DNA of 64,000 bases from Candidatus Bathyarchaeota archaeon (GTDB lineage Archaea; Thermoproteota; Bathyarchaeia; Bathyarchaeales; Bathycorpusculaceae), in contig CAWHXY010000007.1 of NCBI GenBank assembly GCA_963833575.1, positions 576,001 through 640,000 of the forward strand, in the 5' to 3' direction. Below the pieces are notes generated by a model. That model worked only from the letters and a program-made list of their open reading frames with translations, searched no databases and was not told the DNA's origin. The position numbers and the translations under genes are program-made. Each line of letters starts with the position of its first letter. The first letter of the stretch is position 1. Shown here in pieces: positions 10,641 to 21,250 of the stretch.

Positions 10641-10668
10641 GTGTTCCAGATCTGGAACACAGTGTTCC
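10641..10668. promoter_or_regulatory. perfect 20-bp palindrome GTGTTCCAGATCTGGAACAC plus third half-site; triple half-site motif copy 2
   Basis: read directly; lies between divergent surface-protein genes, just upstream of AATTAAAA. Confidence 0.6.
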
Positions 10669-10703
10669 TTGAATAGAATTAAAAGTCACATAGGAGTCAT
10701 TGA

Positions 10704-12056
10704 TTGCCTGAGATGACCATGAGAAAGGCAATCATTCGCTTAGTTACAGTTGTTTTAGTAATTCTAGCTTCAAGTTTAGTTTTATTCTCGTTTGCCTTTG
10801 AAATGCCGTTAGTTGTTTCAGGAGCAAAGATTTCCGTCGCGTTGTCTTCACCAGTTGAGCTACAATACAATCTAACCGGCGAAGCTGGGTACTCAGTTTT
10901 TCAGCTTGCAGATGGAAGCTTAGTTCTAAACACCGCTAACCAAAACTTCACTTATCTTATAAAAATTGACTCTTCGAACCACGTGTTGTGGACAAAAACA
11001 ATTCAGATCGAGCAAAAAAGTACGGTTCTTTCCCGCCTTCTGCCTACAAGTGATGGAGGATATCTTTTGGCGGGAATCGTCGATAACTTTTATGCGTTAG
11101 TCAAAACCGATTCGCAGGGCAACATTCAATGGACTAAAATGTTCAGTTCAGGAGCGCCTGTAAACTACTTCATGTCGATTATTCAAACCCGCGACGGAGG
11201 TTATGCTATTGCGGGTTTCGGCGAGAAAGTTGAGGAGAGCGAGGGCTGGATCTGGTTTGCAAAAACTGATTCATCTGGAAACATGGATTGGAATGAGACG
11301 ATTTCTGGGCCAACAGCGGATTGTCCATCGACTGTCTTTCAAACTTCTGACGGTGGATATCTATTGTCCGATGTTAGTTATTCCTTTGTTCCGAATCAGG
11401 CCTTCTTCGCGCTAATCAAAATGAACGCTAACGGAAAAGTACTTGGAAAAACAACTTATGGCGGCTCGGGCTATTACTTTCAACCTGAATGTAACATTGC
11501 TATAACCACAAAAGACGGTGGATACTTAATGGCAGGTTATCTTTGGCAAAAGAGCGCATGGATACTCAAAACTGATGCCCAAGGCAGCATGCGTTGGAAC
11601 CAAACCTACGGCACCGACGGCAGCTCGGTAACCTCCGTGCTTGAAACCCAAAGCGGAGGATTCCTTCTGTTAGATATTTCAAATCTAACCAATGCTGGGT
11701 TAATTATGACTGACAAATTAGGCAACGAACTTTGGAACACGACGTTGCCAGGAGTTACCTTGCCTGTGGGATTAGAGGCAAACTTTAATTCAATTATCAA
11801 CGCCAAAGACGGCGGGTACATCATGGTAGGTTCAAAAAATCATTCTGTATGGCTGGCAAAACTTGACTACCAACAAAACGGATCCATTGTCTCTCAACTG
11901 TTTTCGCTTAAGAACTTAGCATTGGCACTAGAAATTGCACTTATAGCAGCTTTGACAATAATTATTGTTAGATTTAAAATAAAAAGAAAAGTCAAGAACG
12001 ATAATGATCAAAACGGTTCAATTGTTCAAAATAAACCGTGTAGATACCCAATGTAA
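10704..12056 (+). CDS. secreted, C-anchored beta-propeller-like repeat protein
   Basis: about 7 repeats of TxDGGY...KTDxxGNxxW; signal peptide; C-terminal TM. Confidence 0.85.
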   Translation: MPEMTMRKAIIRLVTVVLVILASSLVLFSFAFEMPLVVSGAKISVALSSPVELQYNLTGEAGYSVFQLADGSLVLNTANQNFTYLIKIDSSNHVLWTKTIQIEQKSTVLSRLLPTSDGGYLLAGIVDNFYALVKTDSQGNIQWTKMFSSGAPVNYFMSIIQTRDGGYAIAGFGEKVEESEGWIWFAKTDSSGNMDWNETISGPTADCPSTVFQTSDGGYLLSDVSYSFVPNQAFFALIKMNANGKVLGKTTYGGSGYYFQPECNIAITTKDGGYLMAGYLWQKSAWILKTDAQGSMRWNQTYGTDGSSVTSVLETQSGGFLLLDISNLTNAGLIMTDKLGNELWNTTLPGVTLPVGLEANFNSIINAKDGGYIMVGSKNHSVWLAKLDYQQNGSIVSQLFSLKNLALALEIALIAALTIIIVRFKIKRKVKNDNDQNGSIVQNKPCRYPM

Positions 12057-12208
12057 TTTCAGTTTAATGTTTTTTAAATAATTTTTCTAAAATCATAAAT
12101 ATTGAGCTTTTAGGTTTTGGATGGAGCATCCAACCAAACATTTATATCATTTACGTTTAAAAGAAACCTACGCATTTCAGCTCCATGGTTGAGGATTGAA
12201 TACCAAAG

Positions 12209-13339
12209 ATGAAGCCCATAGAAAACTTGGCTAGAGACACCATAAGGAACCTTAAGCCGTGCATTCATGGCGGAGAGGTTTTGGATGCTGCAGACAAAAG
12301 CGGGCTTAAACGGGATGAAATTTTGGATTTTAGTTCAAGCGTCAATCCTTTAGGTCCATCAAAAAAAGCGCTTGAGGCAGCCAAAAAAGCTTTCAGCCAA
12401 ATTTCAGCCTACCCTGATTCAAATTCAAATGAGTTACGGGAGGCTATTGCAAGTCACTTCACATCATTAACCAAAGACAACGTTATTATGGGAAATGGCT
12501 CTACGGAACTCATGTATTTGTTCGCTGAAACTTTCCTGAACAAAGGCGACAAAGCCCTTATTCCGACACCCACATTTGGAGAATATGAAGGCGCGGTCAA
12601 GAAAGCAGGAGAAACACCCAAATTTATAAAGCTAAACAAAAGTTTTAACATTGAAAAATCAACATTTGCAAATGAAATAGCCGGAGCCAAAATTGTCTTC
12701 TTATGCAACCCAAATAATCCAACAAGTATGCTCATTCCATCAGAAACCCTAACAGAAATAATTGAGAATGCTTTAGAGCAAAATAGCCTCATTTTTCTTG
12801 ATGAAGATTTTTTGGAGTTTGTAGAAAACGAAAAAGCACTTTCAATGATTGGCAAAATCAACAAGTATCCAAACTTGTTTATCCTGAGGTCTTTCACCAA
12901 AATTTTTGGTTTAACCGGCTTGCGCATTGGCTACGGAATCGCCAACGATGAAATAATTAATTTGTTATCATGTGCCAAGATTCCTTGGAACGTTAACTGT
13001 TTAGCGCAAGCGGCTGCTGTTGCTGCATTAAAAGATGAGGATCATCTGAAGATAACACGGGAACTTATCAAAAAAGAGAAAGCAAAACTATTAAGCAAAC
13101 TTGAAGAAATCAGGTCATTCAAGATTTTTCCTTCAGACGCCAACTTTTTCTTTATAGATATACGCAAATCTGGCCTGACAGCTGCTCAATTGGCAAGCAA
13201 ACTTTTGAGCGAGGGCATTTTAATTCGAGACTGTACCTCTTTTAGAGGACTCGACACATACTTTGTTCGTATAGCCGTCAAAACTCAGGCGGAGAATGAA
13301 CGGTTGATTGAGATTTTTAAGCGCATAGTAAAGACCTAA
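12209..13339 (+). CDS. cobD: threonine-phosphate decarboxylase (CobD/HisC-like PLP enzyme)
   Basis: HGG, DFSSSVNPLGP, CNPNNPT, RSFTKIFGLTGLRIGY; adjacent to cbiB. Confidence 0.8.
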   Translation: MKPIENLARDTIRNLKPCIHGGEVLDAADKSGLKRDEILDFSSSVNPLGPSKKALEAAKKAFSQISAYPDSNSNELREAIASHFTSLTKDNVIMGNGSTELMYLFAETFLNKGDKALIPTPTFGEYEGAVKKAGETPKFIKLNKSFNIEKSTFANEIAGAKIVFLCNPNNPTSMLIPSETLTEIIENALEQNSLIFLDEDFLEFVENEKALSMIGKINKYPNLFILRSFTKIFGLTGLRIGYGIANDEIINLLSCAKIPWNVNCLAQAAAVAALKDEDHLKITRELIKKEKAKLLSKLEEIRSFKIFPSDANFFFIDIRKSGLTAAQLASKLLSEGILIRDCTSFRGLDTYFVRIAVKTQAENERLIEIFKRIVKT

Positions 13340-13358
13340 CACGGTTTGATATTGACCC

Positions 13359-14318
13359 ATGTTTGCTTTTGATCTCTCTTTATTTGTTGATTCCGTGTTG
13401 ATTTTCGTCTTAGCCTTTCTAATTGATGCAGTCCTAGGCGAGTACCCTGACAGAATTCACCCCACAATCGGAATTGGCAAAATAATAGCATATCTTAAGC
13501 CGAAAGCTAAAAATGTTAATCCCCGAATTGAAAAAGCAAACGGCGTACTCTTAGCCATAACCATTATGCTGGTTGTTTCGCTTCCCGTATTTGCCTTGCT
13601 TTTTTGGCTACGAACTTCATTCGGCTCCATACCCTACATTATTGTTGGTGCGATTTTGTTTAAAGCAACTTTTGCAGTCAAAGGCATGGGCCAATATACC
13701 AAACCTATTGCTTCGGCACTCAAAAAGAATGATTTAGTTGAAGCCCGCAAATGGCTGCCCTTTATCGTTAGACGAGATCCAAACACGCTTGGAGAAAAAC
13801 AAATCATTTCCGCTGCAGTAGAATCCATTGCAGAAAGCACGACAGACGGAATAACGGCACCCTTCTTCTTCTTTGCGATTTTCGGTGTTCCTGGTGCCTT
13901 CGCATATCGTGTAATTAATACATTGGATTCAATGGTCGGCTATAAAGATGTTGAAAACAAAAACATCGGCTGGTTCTCCGCAAAACTTGACACCATCACT
14001 AACTACATACCCACCAGACTAACAGGCTATCTGATGGTTGCGGCTGCATTTCTGTTAAGAGAAAACTGGCGTGAGTCATGGCGCATTCTTCATAGAGATA
14101 AAGGAAAAACTATGAGCGTAAACGCAGGCTGGACCATCTCAGCTATGGCTGGAGCCTTAGACACCCAACTGGAAAAGCAAGGTCACTACACTTTAGGTGA
14201 CGACCATGGCATTTCATCAGAACACATTTCAAGAGCTTTGCGGATGATGACGTTAACCGCCGTTCTTTTCGGTATAGTCATAGTTCTACCGATTTTGGCC
14301 TTAAGAGTTAATATCTAA
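13359..14318 (+). CDS. cbiB: adenosylcobinamide-phosphate synthase
   Basis: ESIAESTTDGITAP, YRVINTLDSMVGYK, NAGW..SAMAGAL. Confidence 0.93.
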   Translation: MFAFDLSLFVDSVLIFVLAFLIDAVLGEYPDRIHPTIGIGKIIAYLKPKAKNVNPRIEKANGVLLAITIMLVVSLPVFALLFWLRTSFGSIPYIIVGAILFKATFAVKGMGQYTKPIASALKKNDLVEARKWLPFIVRRDPNTLGEKQIISAAVESIAESTTDGITAPFFFFAIFGVPGAFAYRVINTLDSMVGYKDVENKNIGWFSAKLDTITNYIPTRLTGYLMVAAAFLLRENWRESWRILHRDKGKTMSVNAGWTISAMAGALDTQLEKQGHYTLGDDHGISSEHISRALRMMTLTAVLFGIVIVLPILALRVNI

Positions 14319-14515
14319 ACTTGGGCAAAGAAATCAAATCTATGATAAAAAATAATTTCAATTAATGAAGCGACTTTTTTTTATGCTTTGAATGCATGAT
14401 TTTTGGGGTAAGAAAGTTCCATTATTTGAAAATTAAGGTAAGCCACAGGTTTAGCATAATGTTATATATTAATAGTTAACAAAGTAGTCGTATCAATTTG
14501 TAGGAGAAAAGAAAA

Positions 14516-17449
14516 ATGCAAATTAATAAAAACAGAATTTTAGCTATCGCAATCGTTATTTTGTTAATGTCTTCAATTTCATTTTCAACGATGCTAATAC
14601 CGAAGGCTAGCGCACATACACCAGCATGGCAGATTCCAACTTTCGCATACATTGTCGCAGAACCTAACCCTATAGGTGTAGGTCAGTCACTTTTCGTTTA
14701 TCTTTGGCTTGACGCCGTTTACGGAGCAGCCGGGGGAACAACTGCCACCATAGGCACGAATGCTTCAACCGCCAGCGCAGCGCTGACCGCAAACAACTAC
14801 AGATTCCAAAACTTCCAAGTCGTCATAACAGCTCCTGATGGTACAAAACAAACAAAGAATTTCGCTTTTATCTCAGACCCAACATCATCGCAGCTATTTT
14901 CCTTTACACCGTCTCAGGTTGGCACTTACAATTTCAACTTTACTTTCCCAGGGCAAGTCTATGGCGCTGGTGGTAATGGTTATGAAAAATCACCGATTTT
15001 TGGCGACACTTATCTGCCAAGTTCAGCATCAACAACACTTAATGTGCAACAAAACCCAATACCCGCAGCCGAAGGCAGTACCCCTCTTCCATCTGAATAC
15101 TGGGCACACCCAATATATGGCGAGGGCACTGATTGGTGGGCAATTTCATCAGACTGGCTTGGTTCAGGTTCACCAGTTCCAGCAGGCTACACTACATCCG
15201 CTATCTATCATGGCGATGCAATAGGACCTCAAACTCCGCATGTGATGTGGACAAAGCCACTTCAATTTGGAGGAGTTGTCGCAGGAAATCCATTTGTCTC
15301 CGGAGGCTCAACTCCTGGTAACGGTGGGGTTCAAGGAGCCCAATACTTCGAAGGCACTTCTTACGAGCCAAGATTCGTCAATCCCATAATAATCAGCGGA
15401 TACCTCTACTACACAGAACCAGTATCATTCACAGGACCAAGCAGCGGACCAACAGACTGCGTAGATCTTCGCACAGGACAGGTTATTTGGTCTAGATCCG
15501 ATGTGCCACCGCTCTCATTTGGCTACATATACAACCTTTGGAATGGCGAACAACACGGAACTTTCCCACCAATTCTATTCACAGCCAACTTTGCGCAAGC
15601 TTTCGATGCATACACAGGAGACCCATTGTTCAACGTAACAAATGTTCCTTCGGGGACAGCAGTAGCAGGTCCAAGTGGCGAACAATTAAGATATGTGTTT
15701 ACGAACGCAGGCTCCGCAACTAATCCACAGTGGTATTTGGCCCAGTGGAACTCATCCAGACTTTGGCAATACGATGTAAATCCATATACTGGCGGTGGAA
15801 GTCTGAATCCATCCATTATCAACGCAAGCAACCTGGTCCTCGTTTCGACTACTCCAATTAATCCAAATACAGGCACTACAGGCACCATTCCGACTTCAAC
15901 TGGTGGAACCACCGTTCCGGTTCCTTATGGTTCTTCATTCACAGTCAATGCAAACATTCCTATCAACTCCACAACGCTCGGAGGAGAGATTCTAGGAACA
16001 ACAGCCAAAATTGCTGGTCCTGGCATCAACACTTATGACTGGAACGTTTCGTTACCTTGGCTCAATACCATGCCTTTAGGTTTACTGGTAACTGTGGGGC
16101 CCAGCGGATCAACAGTTTCACCGGCACCTGCGGGATCAAATCCTGTAACGGTAGTCGCAGCTAACACCGGCGATGTGATGCTTTGCAGAAACGGCTCTTT
16201 GCCCATTGGTTTCATGAGAACTTACAGCGGCGTCCCACAACTTCCCTATACATTATTTGCAGTTAACCTAAACGCTTCTAGAGGTGCAATCGGTACGATA
16301 TTATGGATGCAGAATTATGATCCCCCAGCAGGCAACCTCACGCTCGCTATACAAGGAGTTGACTGGCAAAACCGTGTCTTCATCGTCAATTACGGGGAAA
16401 CTATGCAATGGGTAGGATACAGTCTGGATACAGGCAACAAATTATGGGGTCCAACCATATCTCAAGCACCCTTTGACTACTATACGACAAGCTACCGATG
16501 TTTGATAGCTTACGGCAATCTCTACAGCATGGGCTATGCAGGAATATGTTACTGCTTTAATGATTTGACAGGAAATCTAAAATGGACCTACGGAAACGGC
16601 GGATCCGGTAACAGTACTAACGCTGGCCTAAACGTCTTTTACGGTGATTACCCCACAATGATGGAGTCAGTCGCCAATGGAGTATTATACACAGCTACTT
16701 CTGAACACACAATGCCTAACCCGTTTTACAAAGGTTGCACATATCGCGCTATTAACGCCACTGACGGAACAGAAATATGGCAGCTATCAGGATACCCCAG
16801 CGAATGGTCCACCCCTGGCAGTGAATGGGCAACAGCAGATGGCTTTATTGCATGCATGAACGGTCTTGACAACAACATTTACAGTATAGGCAGAGGACCA
16901 AGCGCTACCACAGTTACAGCGCCAAATACTGGCTTATCCTTTGGATCATCAGTAGTAATACGTGGTACAGTAATGGACATTTCTGCAGGCACAAAACAAA
17001 ACACACAGGCAGCTGATTTTCCAAATGGCGTTCCAGTTGCATCAGATGCAAGCATGAAGGATTGGATGGGATATGTCTATCAGCAAAAACCGCTCCCAAC
17101 CAACTTCACCGGCGTTCCAGTGACAATAGCCGTACTCGATTCCAATGGCAACTATAGAAATATTGGCACCACAACTACAGATGCAACCGGCATGTATACT
17201 ATATCATGGAAGCCCGACATTACTGGTAATTTCACAGTTGTAGCCACTTTCCAAGGCTCCAACGGTTACTGGCCATCACACTCAGAAACAAGTTTTGCAG
17301 TCGATCCAGCGGGGCCAACAGCCTCTCCATATCCTGTTATTAGTTTGCCACCGACTGAAATGTACGTCATGGGAACAGGAATTGCAATAATAATTGCAAT
17401 CGCTATAGTAGGCGCAATAGTCGTACTAATGCTAAGGAAACGACCATAA
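14516..17449 (+). CDS. large cell-surface PQQ-like beta-propeller protein, paralog 1
   Basis: signal peptide, PNPIGVGQ, propeller W-repeats, C-terminal Ig-like domain, TM and RKRP tail. Confidence 0.85.
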   Translation: MQINKNRILAIAIVILLMSSISFSTMLIPKASAHTPAWQIPTFAYIVAEPNPIGVGQSLFVYLWLDAVYGAAGGTTATIGTNASTASAALTANNYRFQNFQVVITAPDGTKQTKNFAFISDPTSSQLFSFTPSQVGTYNFNFTFPGQVYGAGGNGYEKSPIFGDTYLPSSASTTLNVQQNPIPAAEGSTPLPSEYWAHPIYGEGTDWWAISSDWLGSGSPVPAGYTTSAIYHGDAIGPQTPHVMWTKPLQFGGVVAGNPFVSGGSTPGNGGVQGAQYFEGTSYEPRFVNPIIISGYLYYTEPVSFTGPSSGPTDCVDLRTGQVIWSRSDVPPLSFGYIYNLWNGEQHGTFPPILFTANFAQAFDAYTGDPLFNVTNVPSGTAVAGPSGEQLRYVFTNAGSATNPQWYLAQWNSSRLWQYDVNPYTGGGSLNPSIINASNLVLVSTTPINPNTGTTGTIPTSTGGTTVPVPYGSSFTVNANIPINSTTLGGEILGTTAKIAGPGINTYDWNVSLPWLNTMPLGLLVTVGPSGSTVSPAPAGSNPVTVVAANTGDVMLCRNGSLPIGFMRTYSGVPQLPYTLFAVNLNASRGAIGTILWMQNYDPPAGNLTLAIQGVDWQNRVFIVNYGETMQWVGYSLDTGNKLWGPTISQAPFDYYTTSYRCLIAYGNLYSMGYAGICYCFNDLTGNLKWTYGNGGSGNSTNAGLNVFYGDYPTMMESVANGVLYTATSEHTMPNPFYKGCTYRAINATDGTEIWQLSGYPSEWSTPGSEWATADGFIACMNGLDNNIYSIGRGPSATTVTAPNTGLSFGSSVVIRGTVMDISAGTKQNTQAADFPNGVPVASDASMKDWMGYVYQQKPLPTNFTGVPVTIAVLDSNGNYRNIGTTTTDATGMYTISWKPDITGNFTVVATFQGSNGYWPSHSETSFAVDPAGPTASPYPVISLPPTEMYVMGTGIAIIIAIAIVGAIVVLMLRKRP

Positions 17450-17463
17450 AAAACATTCAAACC

Positions 17464-17486
17464 CTCATTTCTTTTTTTTGTTTTTT
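17464..17486 (+). terminator. oligo-T terminator
   Basis: ctcatttcttttttttgtttttt just after the stop codon. Confidence 0.6.
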
Positions 17487-17535
17487 ATCCGATAGAGTAT
17501 TAATTAGAAACAGGACTAAAAGGGCAGAAAAATAA

Positions 17536-18060
17536 TCAATCTTTTTTAGATGTTATTTTTTTGATAGCTTTAAGATAAACGTTCTTGACACCGTTATTTT
17601 TCTCTGCCTCGGCTATCTCCTGCATCTTGGGAAGAAGCATACTCTGAGCTGACGTGTTGTTTTTTGCGATTTCGCTTGTGGCAAAAGCGGCACACCATTT
17701 GACTACTGTGCTTTCGTCTTTCGTATTGATTAGTAATTTAGGAATTGCCTTCTCCGCTTCGATAGGATACTTTTTGGATAAGTTACCAATGGCTTGCGGG
17801 ATACCCCACTTCACTCTAGGCAAATCATAATTTATGTAGTCAATTAAATCGTTAATGTAGGGTGCTACTAATTCGGGATTATCAATCGATAACTGCTCTA
17901 TAATGTCGGCAGATGTTCCTTTCTCTACTTTGGAACCTGTCTTTAACAGGTTTATGACCTTAGGAAAAAGAGAGTTATCTCGAGCGATTTTTTCTGTTAA
18001 AAAAATCACAAGCTCTTTCGGTTTGCCTTTCCAACTCTTAATTTCCTCTGCGATTTCCAA
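17536..18060 (-). CDS. HEAT/ARM-repeat protein
   Basis: helical repeats PRVKWGIPQAIGNL and TVVKWCAAFATSEI. Confidence 0.75.
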   Translation of the reverse strand: MEIAEEIKSWKGKPKELVIFLTEKIARDNSLFPKVINLLKTGSKVEKGTSADIIEQLSIDNPELVAPYINDLIDYINYDLPRVKWGIPQAIGNLSKKYPIEAEKAIPKLLINTKDESTVVKWCAAFATSEIAKNNTSAQSMLLPKMQEIAEAEKNNGVKNVYLKAIKKITSKKD

Positions 18061-18180
18061 GATAACTCGCCTGCACTATTTTATTGCAATGTGTTTATAC
18101 TTAATTTTTTTGTTCAGACTAGCTTCTAATTAGGTTAAACTTGTTTAGAGCGCAAGTTGTTAGGAAGTTTCTAATCGGCG

Positions 18181-19389
18181 TTAATGATTTGCGAGGAGAA
18201 GCGAAATTAGGTAGTTATTTTGGATCAGACCGTATTTTCCGTTTTTTGCCGATTCCTCATCAAATTTTTTGAGGTTGTCAGCTTTCAGTGATGGTGCTTT
18301 AATGGCGAAAGGTACTGGATCTCTTGTGTGTGTTCCGATTTTGACGGGTGTTGGATGGTCTGGCGATATGGCGATGGCGTAGGGCTCTTTTAAGCCGTCT
18401 AAAATTCTGCCGAGCAGTCTCTTATCCAAGTTCTCTATTGTTTTCACTTTCAAAGCGTAGTCTTTGCAGTGACCTGCTTCGTCAGGTGCTTCTACATGAA
18501 CAACAACTAAATCGTTCGTCTCAAGAGCTTTTAGGGCTGCATCTGCTTTGCCCTCATAATTAGTGTTATCTAGCCCTGTTGCGCCGGGAACATTAATGAT
18601 TTCCATACCCGCGTAAGTGCCAATTCCTTTTACCAAATCTACTGCAGAGATAACTGCGCTTTTGATTCCATACTTTTCTTTCAATGTGGGCATCGCTGGT
18701 TTTTTGCCGCCTCCCCAGAGCCAAATTAGGTTTCCTGGGTTTTTGCCTGCTTTTTCACGGGCAATGTTTACGGGGTGAGTTCCAAGGATGCCACTGGATC
18801 GGCAGATTAGTTCTCTTAGTAATCGGGTTGTTTTTTCTGCTTCGGTTGATGTGGCTTCTGGCAGAACATCTAAAACTTTTGCTCCTATAGCGTCATGGGG
18901 TGGAGTGCAGTGGATGAGTTCTGGTTTTGGAAAGTTACGCAGTATCAGAAAATGTCTGTAGTCGAGTCCTGCAAAGAATTCGATTTTGCCTAATTTTCCA
19001 AACGCTTTATTTATTGATGCGATTAGTTTGCTTGATTCTTCTGTGGTTATGTGGCTAGCAGAGTAATCAATGATAACTCCATCTTTCTCAGTTATCAAAT
19101 TGCATCTATATGCTGTATCGTTGTCTCCTAGTTTTATGCCTCTGGCTGGTGCTTCAAGTGGTCCTCTGCCCGTACAATATTTCCGTGGATCGTAACCTAG
19201 CAGTGAGCAAATTGCCGTTTCGGAGCCTGGATTGCACTCTTCAGGAACGGTTTTGATAAGTCCACTTCTACCTTTAGCTGCTATTAAATCCATATTTGGC
19301 TTATTTGCTACTTGAAGTGGCGTCTTGTTTCCTAATTCAGGAATAGGGTAATCAGACATTCCGTCGCCAATAACCATCACATACTTCAT
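18181..19389 (-). CDS. apgM: cofactor-independent phosphoglycerate mutase (archaeal)
   Basis: GDGMSD, PGSE, GRGPLEA, HVEAPDEAGH, PDHPTP..HT. Confidence 0.92.
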   Translation of the reverse strand: MKYVMVIGDGMSDYPIPELGNKTPLQVANKPNMDLIAAKGRSGLIKTVPEECNPGSETAICSLLGYDPRKYCTGRGPLEAPARGIKLGDNDTAYRCNLITEKDGVIIDYSASHITTEESSKLIASINKAFGKLGKIEFFAGLDYRHFLILRNFPKPELIHCTPPHDAIGAKVLDVLPEATSTEAEKTTRLLRELICRSSGILGTHPVNIAREKAGKNPGNLIWLWGGGKKPAMPTLKEKYGIKSAVISAVDLVKGIGTYAGMEIINVPGATGLDNTNYEGKADAALKALETNDLVVVHVEAPDEAGHCKDYALKVKTIENLDKRLLGRILDGLKEPYAIAISPDHPTPVKIGTHTRDPVPFAIKAPSLKADNLKKFDEESAKNGKYGLIQNNYLISLLLANH

Positions 19390-19609
19390 CTTAGTTATCT
19401 CCAGAGAACTTGTTGTTCATTAACGACCTTGGCATCCTCTTTGCTTCACAAATATCACGACCGCATATTTATCTGCTTTATTGACAAAATCACTTTTGCC
19501 GTGTAGTAAGCAAGCGGTTGTGATTGTTAACGCACTACAACAAATGTATTTATGAATTTAAAGGCTAGAAGATAAGTCAGAAATAAAAAATGAAAAGGAG
19601 ACTTTTTAA

Positions 19610-19954
19610 ATGCTTGAAGGATGGGAATGGATAATTATCGGTGTTGTTGCCATTGTCATTATTATGTGGGGTCCCGCGAAGATTCCAGAGTTTGCTAAAG
19701 CGTTAGGACGAGCCAAAGGCGAGTTTAACAAAGCGCAGAAAGAATTTACTGACGCAGCGATGAATACCACTTCTACGACTACTTCTACCTCAAGCTTTGT
19801 TGACTCTAGACCAGCACCTGTAACCACAATAAAATCAAAAGACGAAATGTTGCTTGAGACAGCTCAAAGACTCGGCATTCCAACAGATGGCAAAACCAGA
19901 GACCAGATATCCGAAGAAATATCCATAAAAGTAAAATTGCTAAGTGCGTCTTAA
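19610..19954 (+). CDS. tatA: twin-arginine translocase subunit TatA
   Basis: EW-TM-WGPAKIPEFAKALGRAKGEF. Confidence 0.92.
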   Translation: MLEGWEWIIIGVVAIVIIMWGPAKIPEFAKALGRAKGEFNKAQKEFTDAAMNTTSTTTSTSSFVDSRPAPVTTIKSKDEMLLETAQRLGIPTDGKTRDQISEEISIKVKLLSAS

Positions 19955-20192
19955 ACTGGCTTTTTTTTGCCGTGTCTTTTCGCAACGAAAATACAGGTAA
20001 GAGGCTAAATCAATAACTAACAAATCGTGGAAACCAGAAGCCGTCTCGTAAAATAGGGCAACACTAGTCAAAGAAGGCATTGCTGATAGATTCTTTGTCT
20101 ACGTTTCTTTCTGCAAAACAGCACCAACGAGGGTTGGATACTGAGTGTTCAACTTTGAACAAGTGTCTTGATGAATATGGATTGAAAAAATT

Positions 20193-21122
20193 ATGAGTTC
20201 TGAATCTTCGTCGCCTTTTAAAAGCTGGGCTTTAAGCTTTTGGGATCATATCGATGAGTTGGTTCGCCGATTCAAAGTGGTGTTAGTTGCAATTATTATT
20301 GCTACTATAGTGGGATGGTTACCCACGAGCATAGCTGGATTAACCAATCCTATTGGCGGTTACCAGCCGCTTCTCTCACTTGTGATGCTCAGGATAAAGG
20401 CGGCTTTTCTTCCCGGTCAAGCAACTCTGATCGCCGGAGGACTGGGCGACACTGTTTACCTAATGGCGTACCTGTCCATAATCATCGGGTTGTTACTTGC
20501 TTCCCCCGTAATTTTTTATGAAGTAGTCGCTTTCATCAAACCAGCATTATATGAGAATGAAAAGAAAGTTCTAGGATATTATCTGGGATCTTTAATCGGA
20601 CTTTTGGCCTTAGGCGCAGCCATGGCATATTTTTTGATTATTCCAATATCGTTTAGAATTCTAATTTATTTTACAATGCAGGGCGGATCAGTGCCTTTCA
20701 TTTTCATCAAAGACTTCTACAGTTGGATTTTTACCCTGTTCGTTTTGTGCGGTGTTTTCTACACGATTCCGGTGTTTCTTGTTATGCTTGTGCATGTTGG
20801 AGTTTTACCTGTAAGATTTTTGAAAGGAAAAAACAAAATCATCGCCTACGTAGCAATTTTGATGGTGTTTTGGATTTTTGGTCCCGACCCAACTCCCGTT
20901 ACAGGCTTAATCATGTTGGCTCCCTTTGTTTTCGTTTTTGAAACTGCAACGTTCTTCGCGAGAAGAATTGACAGCTCACGCAAAAGAAGAAAAGAAGCAG
21001 GAACCTATGGAGCAACACCAGTAGCCCAAACCTACTTTACAAAATCCTCATGCAGATACTGTCACTCCCCAATAGAAAAAAGCACAGTCTTCTGCCCAGG
21101 GTGCAACCGATCAATAAAATAA
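20193..21122 (+). CDS. tatC: twin-arginine translocase subunit TatC with C-terminal zinc ribbon
   Basis: FWDHIDEL..R, FIKPALYENEKK, PDPTP; tail CRYC...CPGC. Confidence 0.9.
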   Translation: MSSESSSPFKSWALSFWDHIDELVRRFKVVLVAIIIATIVGWLPTSIAGLTNPIGGYQPLLSLVMLRIKAAFLPGQATLIAGGLGDTVYLMAYLSIIIGLLLASPVIFYEVVAFIKPALYENEKKVLGYYLGSLIGLLALGAAMAYFLIIPISFRILIYFTMQGGSVPFIFIKDFYSWIFTLFVLCGVFYTIPVFLVMLVHVGVLPVRFLKGKNKIIAYVAILMVFWIFGPDPTPVTGLIMLAPFVFVFETATFFARRIDSSRKRRKEAGTYGATPVAQTYFTKSSCRYCHSPIEKSTVFCPGCNRSIK

Positions 21123-21250
21123 TTATGATTTTACCCAGATTGATACAGTAGCTTTAGATTCTACTTGATTTATGCTTTGATTTGCTTGAAGGCTGCTATT
21201 TATTTTCTAAAACTAAAAAAAAGGAAAGATGGTTTTTTTGTTTGATATTC

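Noticed and set aside
10654-10668. GGAACACAGTGTTCC as an NrpR (GGAA-N6-TTCC) or Firmicute LexA (GAAC-N4-GTTC) box
   Set aside because: Spacer is one base too long for each, in both copies
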